Origin: Patescibacteria group bacterium | Lineage (GTDB): Bacteria > Patescibacteriota > Minisyncoccia > Phycocordibacterales > Phycocordibacteraceae | Length of the DNA stretch: 64,000 bases | Direction: 5' to 3' | Assembly (NCBI GenBank): GCA_040390125.1 | Contig: JAZJYZ010000001.1 | Span: 307,026-371,025, forward strand | In this document: positions 45,098-55,303 of the stretch, piece by piece | How the letters are laid out: each line of letters begins with the position of its first letter | Position numbering within the stretch: the stretch's first letter is position 1 | The notes under the pieces: model-generated | What the model was told of the DNA's origin: nothing | Seen by the model: the letters and a program-made list of their open reading frames with translations, nothing else | Database searches by the model: none | Translations under genes and position numbers: made by a program

Positions 45098-45685
45098 ATG
45101 CATATCATTGTTGGTTTAGGAAATCCTGGAGAAAAATACGAGAACACTCGTCATAATATTGGGCGCACTACCCTCGATTGGTTTAGGAAGAAGTATGATT
45201 TTTCCGATTGGGAGTTTAATAAAAAAATAAATGCACATACTGCGGAGGGGAAGGTAGGAAAAGTGAAGGCACTTTTAATTATTCCTGACACTTTCATGAA
45301 TAATTCAGGTAAATCCGTCGCAGGATTAGTGAAATCAAAAAAGGCTGCGTCAGAACTGCTCGTTGTTTATGACGATTTAGATATTCCTTTTGGGTCTTTA
45401 AAGATTTCGTACGGAAGAAGTTCAGGGGGGCACAATGGTCTTGAGTCGATTATCCGTGCGGTTAAGACTAAAGATTTTCCACGGATACGCATGGGCGTGT
45501 CGCCGAGTACTCCGTCAGGGAAATTACGGAAACCTGCCGGCGAGAAGAAAGTGCTTGATTTTCTGTTGGGAGAATTTTCAAAAAAAGAGCGGGAAGTGAT
45601 GTCAAAGTTTTTGAAACAGGCAGGGGAGGCGATTGAGGTCGCCATTGCCGAGGGCTACCAGATGGCGATGAACAAGTGTAATTGA
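45098..45685 (+). CDS. pth: Peptidyl-tRNA hydrolase
   Basis: 195 aa. Contains MHIIVGLGNPGEKYENTRHNIG and the catalytic His20. Confidence 0.9.
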   Translation: MHIIVGLGNPGEKYENTRHNIGRTTLDWFRKKYDFSDWEFNKKINAHTAEGKVGKVKALLIIPDTFMNNSGKSVAGLVKSKKAASELLVVYDDLDIPFGSLKISYGRSSGGHNGLESIIRAVKTKDFPRIRMGVSPSTPSGKLRKPAGEKKVLDFLLGEFSKKEREVMSKFLKQAGEAIEVAIAEGYQMAMNKCN

Positions 45686-45915
45686 TTGCTATGTCAAAAA
45701 GTTATGAGGCGGAAGAGATTGATACTCCAACGTCTCTTAATAGAGAAGAACAACAGTGGCAAGAACTTCATGATGAGGCGATGGTGGAAGCACAGCGTCG
45801 AGGTTTAACGGGGGATCTATTGCGAGCGTGGATTGATGAAACTACTTCTGCATATGTAAATGCAATGCGTTCTATTGCTGAGAGACGTAAGCGTGTCAAT
45901 AAGAAACGACATTAG
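45682..45915 (+). CDS. Hypothetical small protein (77 aa), overlapping the pth stop by 4 nt
   Basis: ORF only, acidic/helical. A GC-rich hairpin (agtgctccgccc-ctttg-ggggcggagcact, at 45936-45966) lies downstream. Confidence 0.3.
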   Translation: MIAMSKSYEAEEIDTPTSLNREEQQWQELHDEAMVEAQRRGLTGDLLRAWIDETTSAYVNAMRSIAERRKRVNKKRH

Positions 45916-46327
45916 GGTTTTACTGGCGGACGCCAGAGTGCTCCGCCCCTTTGGGGGCGGAGCACTTGGACGGGTGACCCTTTTTACGAGAGGTATACTG
46001 AATTGTAGCTATGGTGAGACGAGATTATGAGGGCCACCACACTGAAAACATACTGGCTGCTTTAGAGGGTTTGAAAGTGAATGAAAGTTCCTGGTCTCCA
46101 ATGTTGCGTCGTGCGGAAGAAGGACGGAGTGCCGGGACTTCTTCTGATGAGAATCTTGAATTTGTGAAGCGTATTATATGTGACGATTTTAAACAGGTCG
46201 TGCAACTCCGAAAAACTCTTCAAGGAAAACTGAATTGAAATCTCAAATGCAGGGAAGATGCAAAGATAGGGTTTCAGAATTCAAAAAACACCTCGACATA
46301 CGTCGAGGTGTTTTTTATGCAAGAAGT

Positions 46328-47425
46328 TTATTTCTTCGTCTTCACAAACGAGAGCGTCATGCGGTGCTCTTTTGGTTCGAAAAGCGTAATCTTGAATGGA
46401 TATGTTTTCCCGAGGCCCAATGTTTCTCGGAGTTCAGCTTCTGAAGCGAACTCGGAGACGTGTACTAAGCCTGCAACACCTTCTTCGATAGAAGCCAATG
46501 CGCCGTATTTATTGTATTTGATGATTGCAGCGTTCACCTCGTCTTCTTTCTTGTACTTAGCAGCTGCGATAACCCATGGATCTTCCTGAAGTTGTTTCAA
46601 GGAGAGAGAAATCTTTCCGTCTTTGATGTCAATGATCTTTACTTTAATTGCCTCGTTCACTTTTGCGAATGCACGTGGATCCTCAACGAGACCCCAATCG
46701 ATTTCAGAAATATGCACCAAGCCCTCTAGACCGTCTTCAACTTTCACGAAGATGCCGAAGTCAACGACGCCAGTGACAACTCCGTCAACGACGTCGCCCA
46801 CTGCATAGCGGTCGACAAGTGTTCCCCTAGTTTCCTTTGAGGTACCTCGCTCCGAGAAGATGAGCTTTCCTTCACGAGGATCTGCAGTGATGATAGAAAC
46901 CGACATGTTGGTGCCGATGAGTTTCTTCAACTCATCCAAGATGAGTTGCTTTTCACCGTTTGCTACTCGTGGATAGTGTTCAGGTTTCAGCTGTGAGGCA
47001 GGAAGGAAGCCTTGAATACTCTGCCATGCAATGATCAGTCCACCTTTGTTTGCGTCTTTAACAGGAAGTTCAAAGACGGTTCCGGCGGCAATTGCTTTTT
47101 CAGCATCCGACCAAATCATCGCTTGACGTGCTTCCTTGAGTGAGAGTTCTATGTAGCCTTCTTTGTTGTGGCTTCCGACAATCTTTGCAGATACTGTGTC
47201 GCCCAGAGCGACTTTGCGTAGAACATCACGAGCGGAAAGATATTCACGTCCGTAAATGATGCCCGTTCCGAAAGGTGGAAGGTCTATGTAGATCTTTCCT
47301 GAACCAATGAAAATAACCGGTCCTTCGACCGTATCTCCTTCTGCTGGTGGAATGGCACTTTCAAGGAGAAGTTTCTCCATGGCCTCATTCACCACTGGCA
47401 CTACTATTTCTTTTTTCTTAGACAT
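46328..47425 (-). CDS. rpsA: 30S ribosomal protein S1 (short form, four S1 domains)
   Basis: 365 aa with repeated S1 OB-fold motifs (GTVVDGVVTGVVDFGIFVKVEDGLEGLVHISEI...). Confidence 0.85.
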   Translation of the reverse strand: MSKKKEIVVPVVNEAMEKLLLESAIPPAEGDTVEGPVIFIGSGKIYIDLPPFGTGIIYGREYLSARDVLRKVALGDTVSAKIVGSHNKEGYIELSLKEARQAMIWSDAEKAIAAGTVFELPVKDANKGGLIIAWQSIQGFLPASQLKPEHYPRVANGEKQLILDELKKLIGTNMSVSIITADPREGKLIFSERGTSKETRGTLVDRYAVGDVVDGVVTGVVDFGIFVKVEDGLEGLVHISEIDWGLVEDPRAFAKVNEAIKVKIIDIKDGKISLSLKQLQEDPWVIAAAKYKKEDEVNAAIIKYNKYGALASIEEGVAGLVHVSEFASEAELRETLGLGKTYPFKITLFEPKEHRMTLSFVKTKK

Positions 47426-47711
47426 TTAATCAGTAATCCGGCAAGCTACTTGCCGGAGAAGGTAGTAGGTAGTGGGTAGTAGGTAGTTATAAAGCTACTT
47501 ACCACTTTCTATCTTCTACATTCCGGACAAGGGTTAATCTTGTCAGAAGTGATATTAAAAAAGCTCGAAGGCTTTATGGGGGCTAGAGTATCAAAATAGA
47601 GCCCCAAACGCAAGTCTGGTTATTGCCCATTGAAATATATAGAATTGATATTCCTTGACTTTTCATAAAAAATTACTTACTCTGATTTTTAGTTATTTTT
47701 TAAATTTTTAT

Positions 47712-47921
47712 ATGACCACTACGCCAGAAGGTACACGAGTACTTACGCCAGAAGATCGCAAATTGGCTGAGGATTTTTTAAGATTCATAGCAGCTCCTAA
47801 TCTGGGTGCCCGTATAGCGGAAGCTCAGAAATGGGTGAGTGTTGGGGAAGGGATCTCACGGGTTTCTCGTGAGCTTAGGGGACCGGACACATTTCCTGAT
47901 AACTACGACCCTGAAGCCTAG
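47712..47921 (+). CDS. Hypothetical small protein, paralog A (69 aa, MTTTPEGTRVL...)
   Basis: ORF 47655 trimmed to the ATG that begins a ~39-nt block shared with paralog B (ttaaatttttatATGaccactacgccagaaggtaca). Confidence 0.4.
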   Translation: MTTTPEGTRVLTPEDRKLAEDFLRFIAAPNLGARIAEAQKWVSVGEGISRVSRELRGPDTFPDNYDPEA

Positions 47922-47948
47922 TAACTATAGTCATTGTTAAATTTTTAT

Positions 47949-48173
47949 ATGGGCACTACACCAGAAGGCACAATAGAACGAAGGCATCGGGACCGCCTAA
48001 AAGAGGATATGGATATGTTAGCTGACTGGGTGGATACTTCTGAGGCTATGGGTGAGGATATGAGTCGGGCTGATACTGTTTTGGGGTTACAATTAATCAG
48101 GGGATTTATTTTTGATGACTTAGATGCCGCAGGCATCCCTCCTCCTAGAAAGTTTCCTCCCTCTAAGCTCTAA
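47949..48173 (+). CDS. Hypothetical small protein, paralog B (74 aa, MGTTPEGTIERR...)
   Basis: Shares its 5' UTR and first 8 codons (33 of 39 nt) with paralog A. The remainder is unrelated. Confidence 0.4.
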   Translation: MGTTPEGTIERRHRDRLKEDMDMLADWVDTSEAMGEDMSRADTVLGLQLIRGFIFDDLDAAGIPPPRKFPPSKL

Positions 48174-48314
48174 GCTCTAAGCTCTAAGCTAAAAGCCCGA
48201 GGTGAGTGGGATGAAGGTGTGGGTGAAGATTGATTTTTCTCTCAACTCTAAACTAGGAACTCAGAACTCCCTCCAGTCTGTTCACTGTTCACTGTTTGCT
48301 GTACACTTGTCGGA

Positions 48315-48938
48315 ATGGTTATTCAACGTGCAGGCGGGTATTGTTTTAAAATTTCTTCAGGCGACACTACTATCGCTCTCAATCCTCCATCCTCGAAGAG
48401 CAAACATAAGGTTTCAAAATTTGGCTCAGACGTGGTCGTTATTTCCGTACCTCACCAAGATTGGAACGGAGCAGAGCAAGCAACGCACAATGGCAAAGAG
48501 CCTTTTGTTGTTTCAGGCCCTGGTGCATATGAGGTAGGAGACATAATTATTACCGGGTATGCAACACCTGGAACCTATGGTGATGTGATGTCGGATGTCG
48601 GCAATACTGTCTATATAATAGAGATGGATGGTATTCGTGTTCTTGCACTCGGTGCCCTTTCGGCCACAAAACTTCCTGCAGAAGTCAGAAGTGAGATTGA
48701 TAATATTGGCATTGTGCTTGTGCCGGTTGGTGGTGACACCCTTGATGCGAAAGCGGCACATGACTTGGTAAACACGATTGAACCGAAAGCGATTATTCCT
48801 TACGCTATTGAAAAGGATGATGCCTTGAAAGCATTCTTGAAAGCAGAAGGAGCTACGGATGTGAAGGCTACTGATAAATTTACCGTTCGTGCGAAAGAGC
48901 TTTCTGTTATGGATGGGGCAGTGGTGCTTCTCTCCTAA
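48315..48938 (+). CDS. MBL-fold metallo-hydrolase (beta-lactamase-fold Zn-dependent hydrolase)
   Basis: 207 aa. The SGDTTIALNPP ... VISVPHQD pattern and overall beta-lactamase-like fold signature are present. Confidence 0.55.
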   Translation: MVIQRAGGYCFKISSGDTTIALNPPSSKSKHKVSKFGSDVVVISVPHQDWNGAEQATHNGKEPFVVSGPGAYEVGDIIITGYATPGTYGDVMSDVGNTVYIIEMDGIRVLALGALSATKLPAEVRSEIDNIGIVLVPVGGDTLDAKAAHDLVNTIEPKAIIPYAIEKDDALKAFLKAEGATDVKATDKFTVRAKELSVMDGAVVLLS

Positions 48939-48940
48939 GT

Positions 48941-49198
48941 TTGCCGAGTAAGGCATCAAAAACTCAGAGTATGTTTAAGACTCTTGCAAAATTACGTCGT
49001 GCTCCAAACGAAGTACGTCAGAATTTTACTGCGTTCATTACGGTTATTATTGTTGCCTGCATTACTCTTATATGGTTTTTCTTTTTCATCACGTCACTTT
49101 TTTCTACTGATTTTTCTAAAGGGCTCGTTCCAGCAGTTGTAGATACTCCAGCCCCCGAGACTCCAGCCCCCGCACTTGAAGCACCATTTGCAAATTAG
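48941..49198 (+). CDS. Hypothetical small membrane protein with a Pro/Ala/Thr-rich tail
   Basis: ORF with one TM helix (FITVIIVACITLIWFFFFI). Confidence 0.3.
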   Translation: MPSKASKTQSMFKTLAKLRRAPNEVRQNFTAFITVIIVACITLIWFFFFITSLFSTDFSKGLVPAVVDTPAPETPAPALEAPFAN

Positions 49199-49255
49199 CT
49201 GTTAGGTTTTAGGTGTGAGGTTTGCTGTTAAAAGCTGACAGCTGACAGCTGGAAT

Positions 49256-49308
49256 CCCCCAAGGGGACTGCGATTTTCTAATTGCTACGCAATAACAAAA
49301 TCGGGAGC
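49256..49308. repeat. 53-nt palindromic element, copy 3 (reverse orientation), upstream of gyrA
   Basis: The reverse complement gctcccgattttgttattgcgtagcaattagaaaatcgcagtccccttggggg matches copies 1 and 2. It is flanked by cagctgacagctg AGCT-rich repeats. Confidence 0.7.
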
Positions 49309-49357
49309 CTGACAGCTGGAACCCAGAGTCTTTGAATGTTATTATAGAAGCTAAATC

Positions 49358-51826
49358 ATGGCTCGAAAGAAAGTGCAAACAGCACCTGAAGATAGCGCTC
49401 CGAAGGCCGACATGGGCCTTCGTGTCATTTCACATTCAATCGTTACTGAAATGCGTGAGTCGTACCTCGACTACGCAATGTCTGTTATTACCTCTCGTGC
49501 CTTGCCTGATGTGCGTGATGGTTTGAAGCCCGTGCATCGTCGCATTCTCTACACCATGCATCGCATGGGACTTACCGCTACATCAAAACCTCGAAAGTCT
49601 GCGGCGGTGGTTGGAGATGTCTTGGGTAAATACCATCCGCATGGCGACAGTGCTGTGTATGAAGCAATGGTAAAGATGGCGCAGAACTTCACCATGCGCT
49701 ACCCGCTTATTATCGGACAAGGAAACTTCGGTTCTATCGATGGCGACTCTGCAGCTGCTATGCGTTACACCGAAGCGAAGATGTCAAAACTTTCTGCTGA
49801 TCTTCTTTCTGACCTCGATAAAGACACCGTTGAATGGCGTCCAAACTACGATGGTACCCAAAAGGAACCTAACGTTCTTCCCGCAGGAGTTCCCAATATT
49901 CTTTTGAATGGAACCTTGGGTATTGCGGTGGGTATGGCAACGAATGTGCCTCCCCACAACCTTGGCGAAGTGGTAGATGCCACCGTGCATCTTATTGATA
50001 ATCCTGATGCATCGGTTGATGAGCTTTTGCAATTTGTTCAAGGGCCTGATTTCCCGATCGGAGGCATTGCATTTAACTCGAAAGATATTGCACACGCATA
50101 CGCAACAGGTCGTGGGCCTGTGGTTGTGCGAGGTAACGCAGAAATTACTGAAGACAAGAAAGGTAACAACATCATTCTTATTACGTCTATTCCGTATCGT
50201 GTAAACAAAGCCGACCTCATCATAAACATCGCAGACTTGGTGCGTGATAAAAAACTCGAAGGGGTGCGAGACCTCCGTGATGAATCAACCACCGACATTC
50301 GTGTTGTCGTGGAGTTGAAAAATAACGCCCAGCCGCAGCAGGTGTTGAATTATCTCTACAAACACACCCAGCTTGAGGATGCTTTTCACTACAACATGGT
50401 GCTTTTGGTGGATGGCGTTCCTGAAACACTTTCACTCTCGGCGGTTCTTTCACACTTCATCGAGCACAGAAAGGTTGTTGTAAAACGACGCACGGAGTTT
50501 GATTTGAGACGTGCCCAAGAGCGAGAGCATATTTTGCTCGGACTTAAAAAAGCACTTGATCATATCGATGAAATCATCAAAGTAATTAAGGCTGCAAAAG
50601 ATGTGCAGGGTGCACATGCTGACCTTCAAAAGAAGTTCAAATTCTCTGAGCGCCAAGCTACAGCAATTCTTGAAATGCGTCTGCAAAAACTTGCGGGCTT
50701 GGAGCGGAAGAAAATTGAGGATGAATTAAAGGAGATACAGGCACTCATCAAGGAGTTAGAAGAGATACTTTCTTCAACAAAGAAGATAATGAAGGTCGTT
50801 AAGACCGAACTTTTGGCACTTCGTGAAAAGTATGCGGATGAGAGACGCACCAAAATTGTGAAGGGTGGCATTAAAAATATGTCAGATGAAGATTTGATTC
50901 CTGACGAAGCAGCGATGCTCACTCTTACTTCTACTGGTTACGTAAAGCGCACATCCCCAAGCGAATATAAGAAGCAAAATCGAGGCGGTGTGGGCGTGAT
51001 TGATTTGAATACAAAAGAAGAAGACTTCGTTACTCGGTTCTTAGAGGGCTCGACACATGATTCAGTGCTCTTTTTCTCAGACAGGGGAAAGGTGTACCGA
51101 ACACGCATGTATGAAGTGCCTGAAGGTAGGCGTGCCACCAAGGGTAAATCAATAATGAATGTGCTCCCGCTATCTGCTGAAGAGCGTATTACGTCTATCG
51201 TTGCGTTGACTAAAAAATCCGCAACTTCTTCTTTCATGTTGGTGACCGAAAAAGGTGCAGCAAAGAAAGTGAAGGCGGATCAGTTTGAAGATGTACGTCG
51301 TTCAGGAATTATTGCGATGTCGCTCCAGACGGGGGACAGTTTGATTGCGGTGTTGCCCGTAGAGAAAGGAGATAGCGTTATTTTGGTAACCGCAGGAGGG
51401 CAGGCAATTCGGTTTAAAGAGTCTGACATTCGTGAGATGGGACGAACGGCTGGGGGAGTGCGGGGAATGAAGTTTGGTACCAAAGACAAAATAATCGCTG
51501 CCGATGTGATTAAGAGCGAGAAGGAGAGTGAAATACTCGTTCTTGCTGATATGGGCTATGGCAAGCGTACACCTGCGAAGGAATACAAAATACAAAAGCG
51601 TGGTGGCTCGGGTATTAAGACAGGAAAAGTAACACCAAAAACTGGCAGTATCATCGCCGCTCGTGTAGTTACTCCAGAGATGGCAGAAATAATTGTTGCC
51701 TCAAAAAATGGACAAGTGATTCGAACTGAACTTTCACAAGTGCCGACGCTTTCACGCGCAACACAAGGAGTTCGTATCATGAAGCTTCGTGAGGGAGATA
51801 AAATTGCGGCGTTCACTGCGTTTTAG
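49358..51826 (+). CDS. gyrA: DNA gyrase subunit A
   Basis: 822 aa. The N-terminus [26 protein letters not shown] and the active-site region AAMRYTE are present. The C-terminal beta-pinwheel carries a GyrA-box-like QNRGGVG. Confidence 0.93.
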   Translation: MARKKVQTAPEDSAPKADMGLRVISHSIVTEMRESYLDYAMSVITSRALPDVRDGLKPVHRRILYTMHRMGLTATSKPRKSAAVVGDVLGKYHPHGDSAVYEAMVKMAQNFTMRYPLIIGQGNFGSIDGDSAAAMRYTEAKMSKLSADLLSDLDKDTVEWRPNYDGTQKEPNVLPAGVPNILLNGTLGIAVGMATNVPPHNLGEVVDATVHLIDNPDASVDELLQFVQGPDFPIGGIAFNSKDIAHAYATGRGPVVVRGNAEITEDKKGNNIILITSIPYRVNKADLIINIADLVRDKKLEGVRDLRDESTTDIRVVVELKNNAQPQQVLNYLYKHTQLEDAFHYNMVLLVDGVPETLSLSAVLSHFIEHRKVVVKRRTEFDLRRAQEREHILLGLKKALDHIDEIIKVIKAAKDVQGAHADLQKKFKFSERQATAILEMRLQKLAGLERKKIEDELKEIQALIKELEEILSSTKKIMKVVKTELLALREKYADERRTKIVKGGIKNMSDEDLIPDEAAMLTLTSTGYVKRTSPSEYKKQNRGGVGVIDLNTKEEDFVTRFLEGSTHDSVLFFSDRGKVYRTRMYEVPEGRRATKGKSIMNVLPLSAEERITSIVALTKKSATSSFMLVTEKGAAKKVKADQFEDVRRSGIIAMSLQTGDSLIAVLPVEKGDSVILVTAGGQAIRFKESDIREMGRTAGGVRGMKFGTKDKIIAADVIKSEKESEILVLADMGYGKRTPAKEYKIQKRGGSGIKTGKVTPKTGSIIAARVVTPEMAEIIVASKNGQVIRTELSQVPTLSRATQGVRIMKLREGDKIAAFTAF

Positions 51827-52008
51827 CTTCCAGCTGTCAGGTTCCAGCTTTCAGCTGCCAGCTTCTGAATTCCGAGTTTCAGAAAAGCTGAAAGCTGAAA
51901 GCTGAAAGCCGACAGCTGGCAGCTGAAAGCTTTTAGAAATCAAAGCCAAAAGCCAGTTTTCTCCCCACCTACGCTTTCACTGTTAGGTAAAGCCTATATA
52001 ATGAAAAT

Positions 52009-52530
52009 GTGTTCTTAAATCCACGAGATATTCTTTCGCATCTTCCAATCACAGCACACTCAAAAGTGGGAGATTTTGGGGTGGGTGCAGGACACTATGC
52101 ATTTGCCTTGGCTGAAAAACTCGGGGCGGAAGGGAGCGTGTATGCATTTGATGTGTTTGGACCCGCCCTCGACACTATTCGCCGTGGAGGAGAGAAATAC
52201 CCTGCGGAGTTTCATACATTGCATTCTGATTTGAATGAACATATACCGCTTCGTGAAAATTTGTTGAATATAGCTGTTGTTGCAAACATACTTCATCAGA
52301 TTAATGAGCGTGAACGCTTTGTAGGAGAGGTGGCTCGGGTGCTACGCCCTGGGGGCACAGCGCTCGTCGTTGATTGGATGTCATCGTTCCGGAATATGGG
52401 GCCTGTGTCCGACTCGGTGCTGGCTCCCGGAGAAGCAGTACGATTGTTTAGACAGGCAGGTTTTGAAACTGGAGAGATGCTTCCTGCGGGAACACATCAT
52501 TTTGCATTTCTTGCCACTCTTGGCGACTAG
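52009..52530 (+). CDS. Class I SAM-dependent methyltransferase
   Basis: 173 aa. Motif I is VGDFGVGAGHYA and motif post-I/II is VYAFDV...LRPGGTALVVDW. Confidence 0.7.
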   Translation: MFLNPRDILSHLPITAHSKVGDFGVGAGHYAFALAEKLGAEGSVYAFDVFGPALDTIRRGGEKYPAEFHTLHSDLNEHIPLRENLLNIAVVANILHQINERERFVGEVARVLRPGGTALVVDWMSSFRNMGPVSDSVLAPGEAVRLFRQAGFETGEMLPAGTHHFAFLATLGD

Positions 52531-52587
52531 CCTCATGTTTGGAGAAAACTTGCAGGTTAGAGTGAATAGAGACGTTATACTATTCAG

Positions 52588-53880
52588 ATGAAACTCTTTC
52601 ATGTCATTGTGCTTGGTATTTTTCTTGCACTTGCCGTAGGTGCGGTAATTATTTTTGCTACATTTACTTCTCTTAATAAAAATAGTGTTGGCAGTGTTTC
52701 CATTTGGGGCTCTATACCACAAGCAACCTTCGACACATTGCTGGTGAGTATCAAAGAGGGGAATACTACATATGACGGCGTGTCGTATCGTTCAATTCCC
52801 GAGGGTGAGCTTATTCCCGCACTTGTTGAAGCGATCGCTGCGGGCCAGGGGCCTGACTTAGTAGTGTTCCCTGCGGAAAATCTTATATCTCAAAGTGACA
52901 AGCTCACCACTATCCCTTACAGCAATATCAGTCGTCGTGATTTTCAAAATACATTCATACAAGCAGGGGAGGTTTTTCTTGTTGAGAGCGGTTTAAAGGC
53001 GATCCCGTTTAGCGTTGATCCGCTCGTCATGTATTGGAACCGTACGTTGTTTGCAAATGCGGGTATTGCACAGCCACCAAGGTTTTGGGATGAGCTCTCC
53101 GACATGGCAACTCGCCTCACAAAAGCACAAGACAACGGTACGTTGACTCAAAATGCCGTTGCCTTGGGTACGTGGGACAACGTGGATCACGCAAAGGCCA
53201 TTTTTCTCACGCTTGCCTACCAGCTTGGAAACAGTGTTGTAGTAAGGAGTGGCCAAGGTTTGTATGTTTCAGTAATGAAAGACACTGCGGGCGGTAGTGG
53301 GGTACCTTCAGTTGATTCTGCACTTCGCTTCTACACAGATTTTGCGGACCCGGTAAAACCGATTTATTCATGGAATCGCTCACAGCCTGAATCACGTAGT
53401 GCGTTTTTGGGAGAGAAGCTAGGTGTATATTTTGGTTCCGCAAGCGAACTTGTAGGGATACGTGAAGCAAATCCGAATTTGAATTTTGATGTAGCACCTG
53501 TGCCGACTATTCGTGGAAATAATGGAGGAGTAGCGGCCGAACTTACCGGGCTTGCAATTCCTCGGGGAAGCAGGAATCCCGGAGGAGCACTGTTAATAGC
53601 AGAACTACTTACGAGCCCCGATTTGCAGGCATCTCTGCTCTCACTCATGTCTTTGCCATCGGTGCGACGTGATTCCGTTGGCACGTCTCCAAATGATCCT
53701 TACGGCACGATGTTTGAGAACGCAGCACTTCTTTCGTTTGCATTTCTTGATCCTGACCCAACAGCCACTGATTCAATTTTTAAACGTATGGTGGAGGGTG
53801 TTTCTTCGGGTAAACTGCAGGTGAGCGAGGCTACGGGTGGGGCTAACGATGAATTACAAGCACTTTTAGGGACACCTTAG
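52588..53880 (+). CDS. ABC transporter extracellular solute-binding protein (family 1, sugar-type)
   Basis: 430 aa with an N-terminal TM anchor and a periplasmic binding-protein-like fold. The AIPFSVDPLVMYWNRTLFANAGI motif is present. Confidence 0.65.
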   Translation: MKLFHVIVLGIFLALAVGAVIIFATFTSLNKNSVGSVSIWGSIPQATFDTLLVSIKEGNTTYDGVSYRSIPEGELIPALVEAIAAGQGPDLVVFPAENLISQSDKLTTIPYSNISRRDFQNTFIQAGEVFLVESGLKAIPFSVDPLVMYWNRTLFANAGIAQPPRFWDELSDMATRLTKAQDNGTLTQNAVALGTWDNVDHAKAIFLTLAYQLGNSVVVRSGQGLYVSVMKDTAGGSGVPSVDSALRFYTDFADPVKPIYSWNRSQPESRSAFLGEKLGVYFGSASELVGIREANPNLNFDVAPVPTIRGNNGGVAAELTGLAIPRGSRNPGGALLIAELLTSPDLQASLLSLMSLPSVRRDSVGTSPNDPYGTMFENAALLSFAFLDPDPTATDSIFKRMVEGVSSGKLQVSEATGGANDELQALLGTP

Positions 53881-53924
53881 TAGGGTACAATGGGAAACAG
53901 CCAGCTTTCAGGTTACAGCTTTTA

Positions 53925-53955
53925 GGCGACGTTTCGTCGGATCCGCAGGGATCAT
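53925..53955. repeat. Two-hairpin element, reverse orientation (ggcgacgtttcgtcggatccgcagggatcat)
   Basis: The reverse complement atgatccctgcggatccgacgaaacgtcgcc matches the family. Hairpin 2 is cgacg-AAA-cgtcg. Confidence 0.6.
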
Positions 53956-53981
53956 AGGAAAATACAAAGAAAATAAAAATC

Positions 53982-54347
53982 ATGAAAAAAACATTTGCTC
54001 GAGTCATCCCGCTTGCATTGCCATTTTTTCTTCCGCTAGCGGTTTTTGCTGCAGGTTGTGAAGGAGGGACGGCAGGGGGTCTCTGTAATCCTCTTGGATA
54101 TGACTCGTTGTGGACTTTTTTGGAAAGGATACTTAAGTTGATAGTCGAAATAGGCTTTCCCGTCATTGTGCTGTACATCGTATTCATAGGTTTCAAATTC
54201 ATCACCGCTTCAGGAAAGCCCGAGGAACTTGCAAAAGTCAGGAGCCTCTTTTTCTGGGCGATTATTGGTGCTCTAGTAGTACTTGGTGCTCAAGCCCTTG
54301 CTTTGGCAATCCAGGCTACAGTTAATGATATTCAACAAGGAATCTAA
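53982..54347 (+). CDS. T4SS-pilin-like small membrane protein (TrbC/VirB2-like architecture), paralog 1
   Basis: 121 aa: signal peptide (ALPFFLPLAVFAAG) followed by two hydrophobic helices separated by a short polar loop (ASGKPEELAKVRS). Confidence 0.5.
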   Translation: MKKTFARVIPLALPFFLPLAVFAAGCEGGTAGGLCNPLGYDSLWTFLERILKLIVEIGFPVIVLYIVFIGFKFITASGKPEELAKVRSLFFWAIIGALVVLGAQALALAIQATVNDIQQGI

Positions 54348-54365
54348 TTTCCTCGGTATGCAGGT

Positions 54366-54815
54366 ATGACACTCACTTCAATTATCAATACGATGACCGA
54401 GGTTGTGTTGTTAGCAGTTCCGTGGGGGTTTTTATTCTTGCTGTTCTATTGGAATATTTACAAGCTTATTACCGAGTCAGACAATGCAGAAAAACGAAAG
54501 CAGGCCGTTCCTCGTCTTGTGTGGAGCATCGTTGCACTTGCGGTAGTCTTTTCTATAGGAGGAATTGTTAATATTCTCAGCAATACGCTTCTTGGTTCAA
54601 ACAATTCAACGTTTGCACCCACAGATTCCACTCCCGTCACTCCTTTCACTCCTCGCACCTCGCCCGAAGATGGACCGAAAACTGAAACTCCAGCAACTCC
54701 TTCTGGTTCTTCTGTGAGCCCTGGCACTTCGCCTTTCAACCCGGATATCAACGACCCTGGTTTTGAAAGAGTTCCTCCAACATCAAGTGACCCTAATCCA
54801 ATACAGAATATTTAA
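54366..54815 (+). CDS. T4SS-pilin-like small membrane protein, paralog 2 (with Pro/Thr/Ser-rich C-terminal tail)
   Basis: 149 aa. Two hydrophobic helices flank ESDNAEKRKQAVPR. The tail is TPVTPFTPRTSPEDGPKTETPATPSGSS. Confidence 0.5.
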   Translation: MTLTSIINTMTEVVLLAVPWGFLFLLFYWNIYKLITESDNAEKRKQAVPRLVWSIVALAVVFSIGGIVNILSNTLLGSNNSTFAPTDSTPVTPFTPRTSPEDGPKTETPATPSGSSVSPGTSPFNPDINDPGFERVPPTSSDPNPIQNI

Positions 54816-54831
54816 AAAATTATTTGAATAT

Positions 54832-55185
54832 ATGAAAAAAATAATACGTATAAGTTTTATGAGCGCAGTCACATTAATGCCACTTTCGGCATTTGCAGCT
54901 GCTACCACCATCCAGGATGTCTTGCGCAATCTTGCAGACCCTATCCGCATGGCAACGATTACCGTTGTCTCGCTCGCACTCCTCGCATTCTTTTGGGGTT
55001 TGGCGATGTATGTTTTTGGCTCTTCAAACGATGAGAAGCGAAAAAAAGGCATCCCCATAATGATTTGGGGTATTGTGGCAATTTTTGTCATGCTTTCCAT
55101 AGCTGGCATTGTAAATATGCTCCAAGCAACTTTTGAAGTGGGTCCGGGCAATCTCCAAATCCCAACCATACGCAAAGCACAGTAG
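54832..55185 (+). CDS. T4SS-pilin-like small membrane protein, paralog 3
   Basis: Signal peptide MKKIIRISFMSAVTLMPLSAFAAA, then LALLAFFWGLAMYVFGSSNDEKRKKGIPIMIWGIVAIFVMLSIAGIV. Start set at the MKK just after the upstream stop codon. Confidence 0.55.
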   Translation: MKKIIRISFMSAVTLMPLSAFAAATTIQDVLRNLADPIRMATITVVSLALLAFFWGLAMYVFGSSNDEKRKKGIPIMIWGIVAIFVMLSIAGIVNMLQATFEVGPGNLQIPTIRKAQ

Positions 55186-55303
55186 TCTGGCTTAATCCAC
55201 ACACGCTTCGTATAGTGCCCCTTGAAACAAGGGAAATGGTACAATGAGCGGGCAATTATTATTCAACCTATTTATCCCTTAGCTTTAAAAGGCTTTTAAT
55301 TAT

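Noticed and set aside
46235-46444. 69-aa plus-strand ORF overlapping the rpsA 3' end, and 75-aa ORF 46011-46238
   Set aside because: They have no recognisable features. The first overlaps the convergent rpsA terminus. Both are left unannotated as too weak.
48165-48195. CRISPR array hypothesis for the short tandem repeats (ctctaagct x4 here, and agctgaaagct runs elsewhere)
   Set aside because: The unit lengths are 7-11 nt and irregular, with no unique spacers of 25-40 nt, so they are simple tandem or palindromic repeats and not CRISPR.
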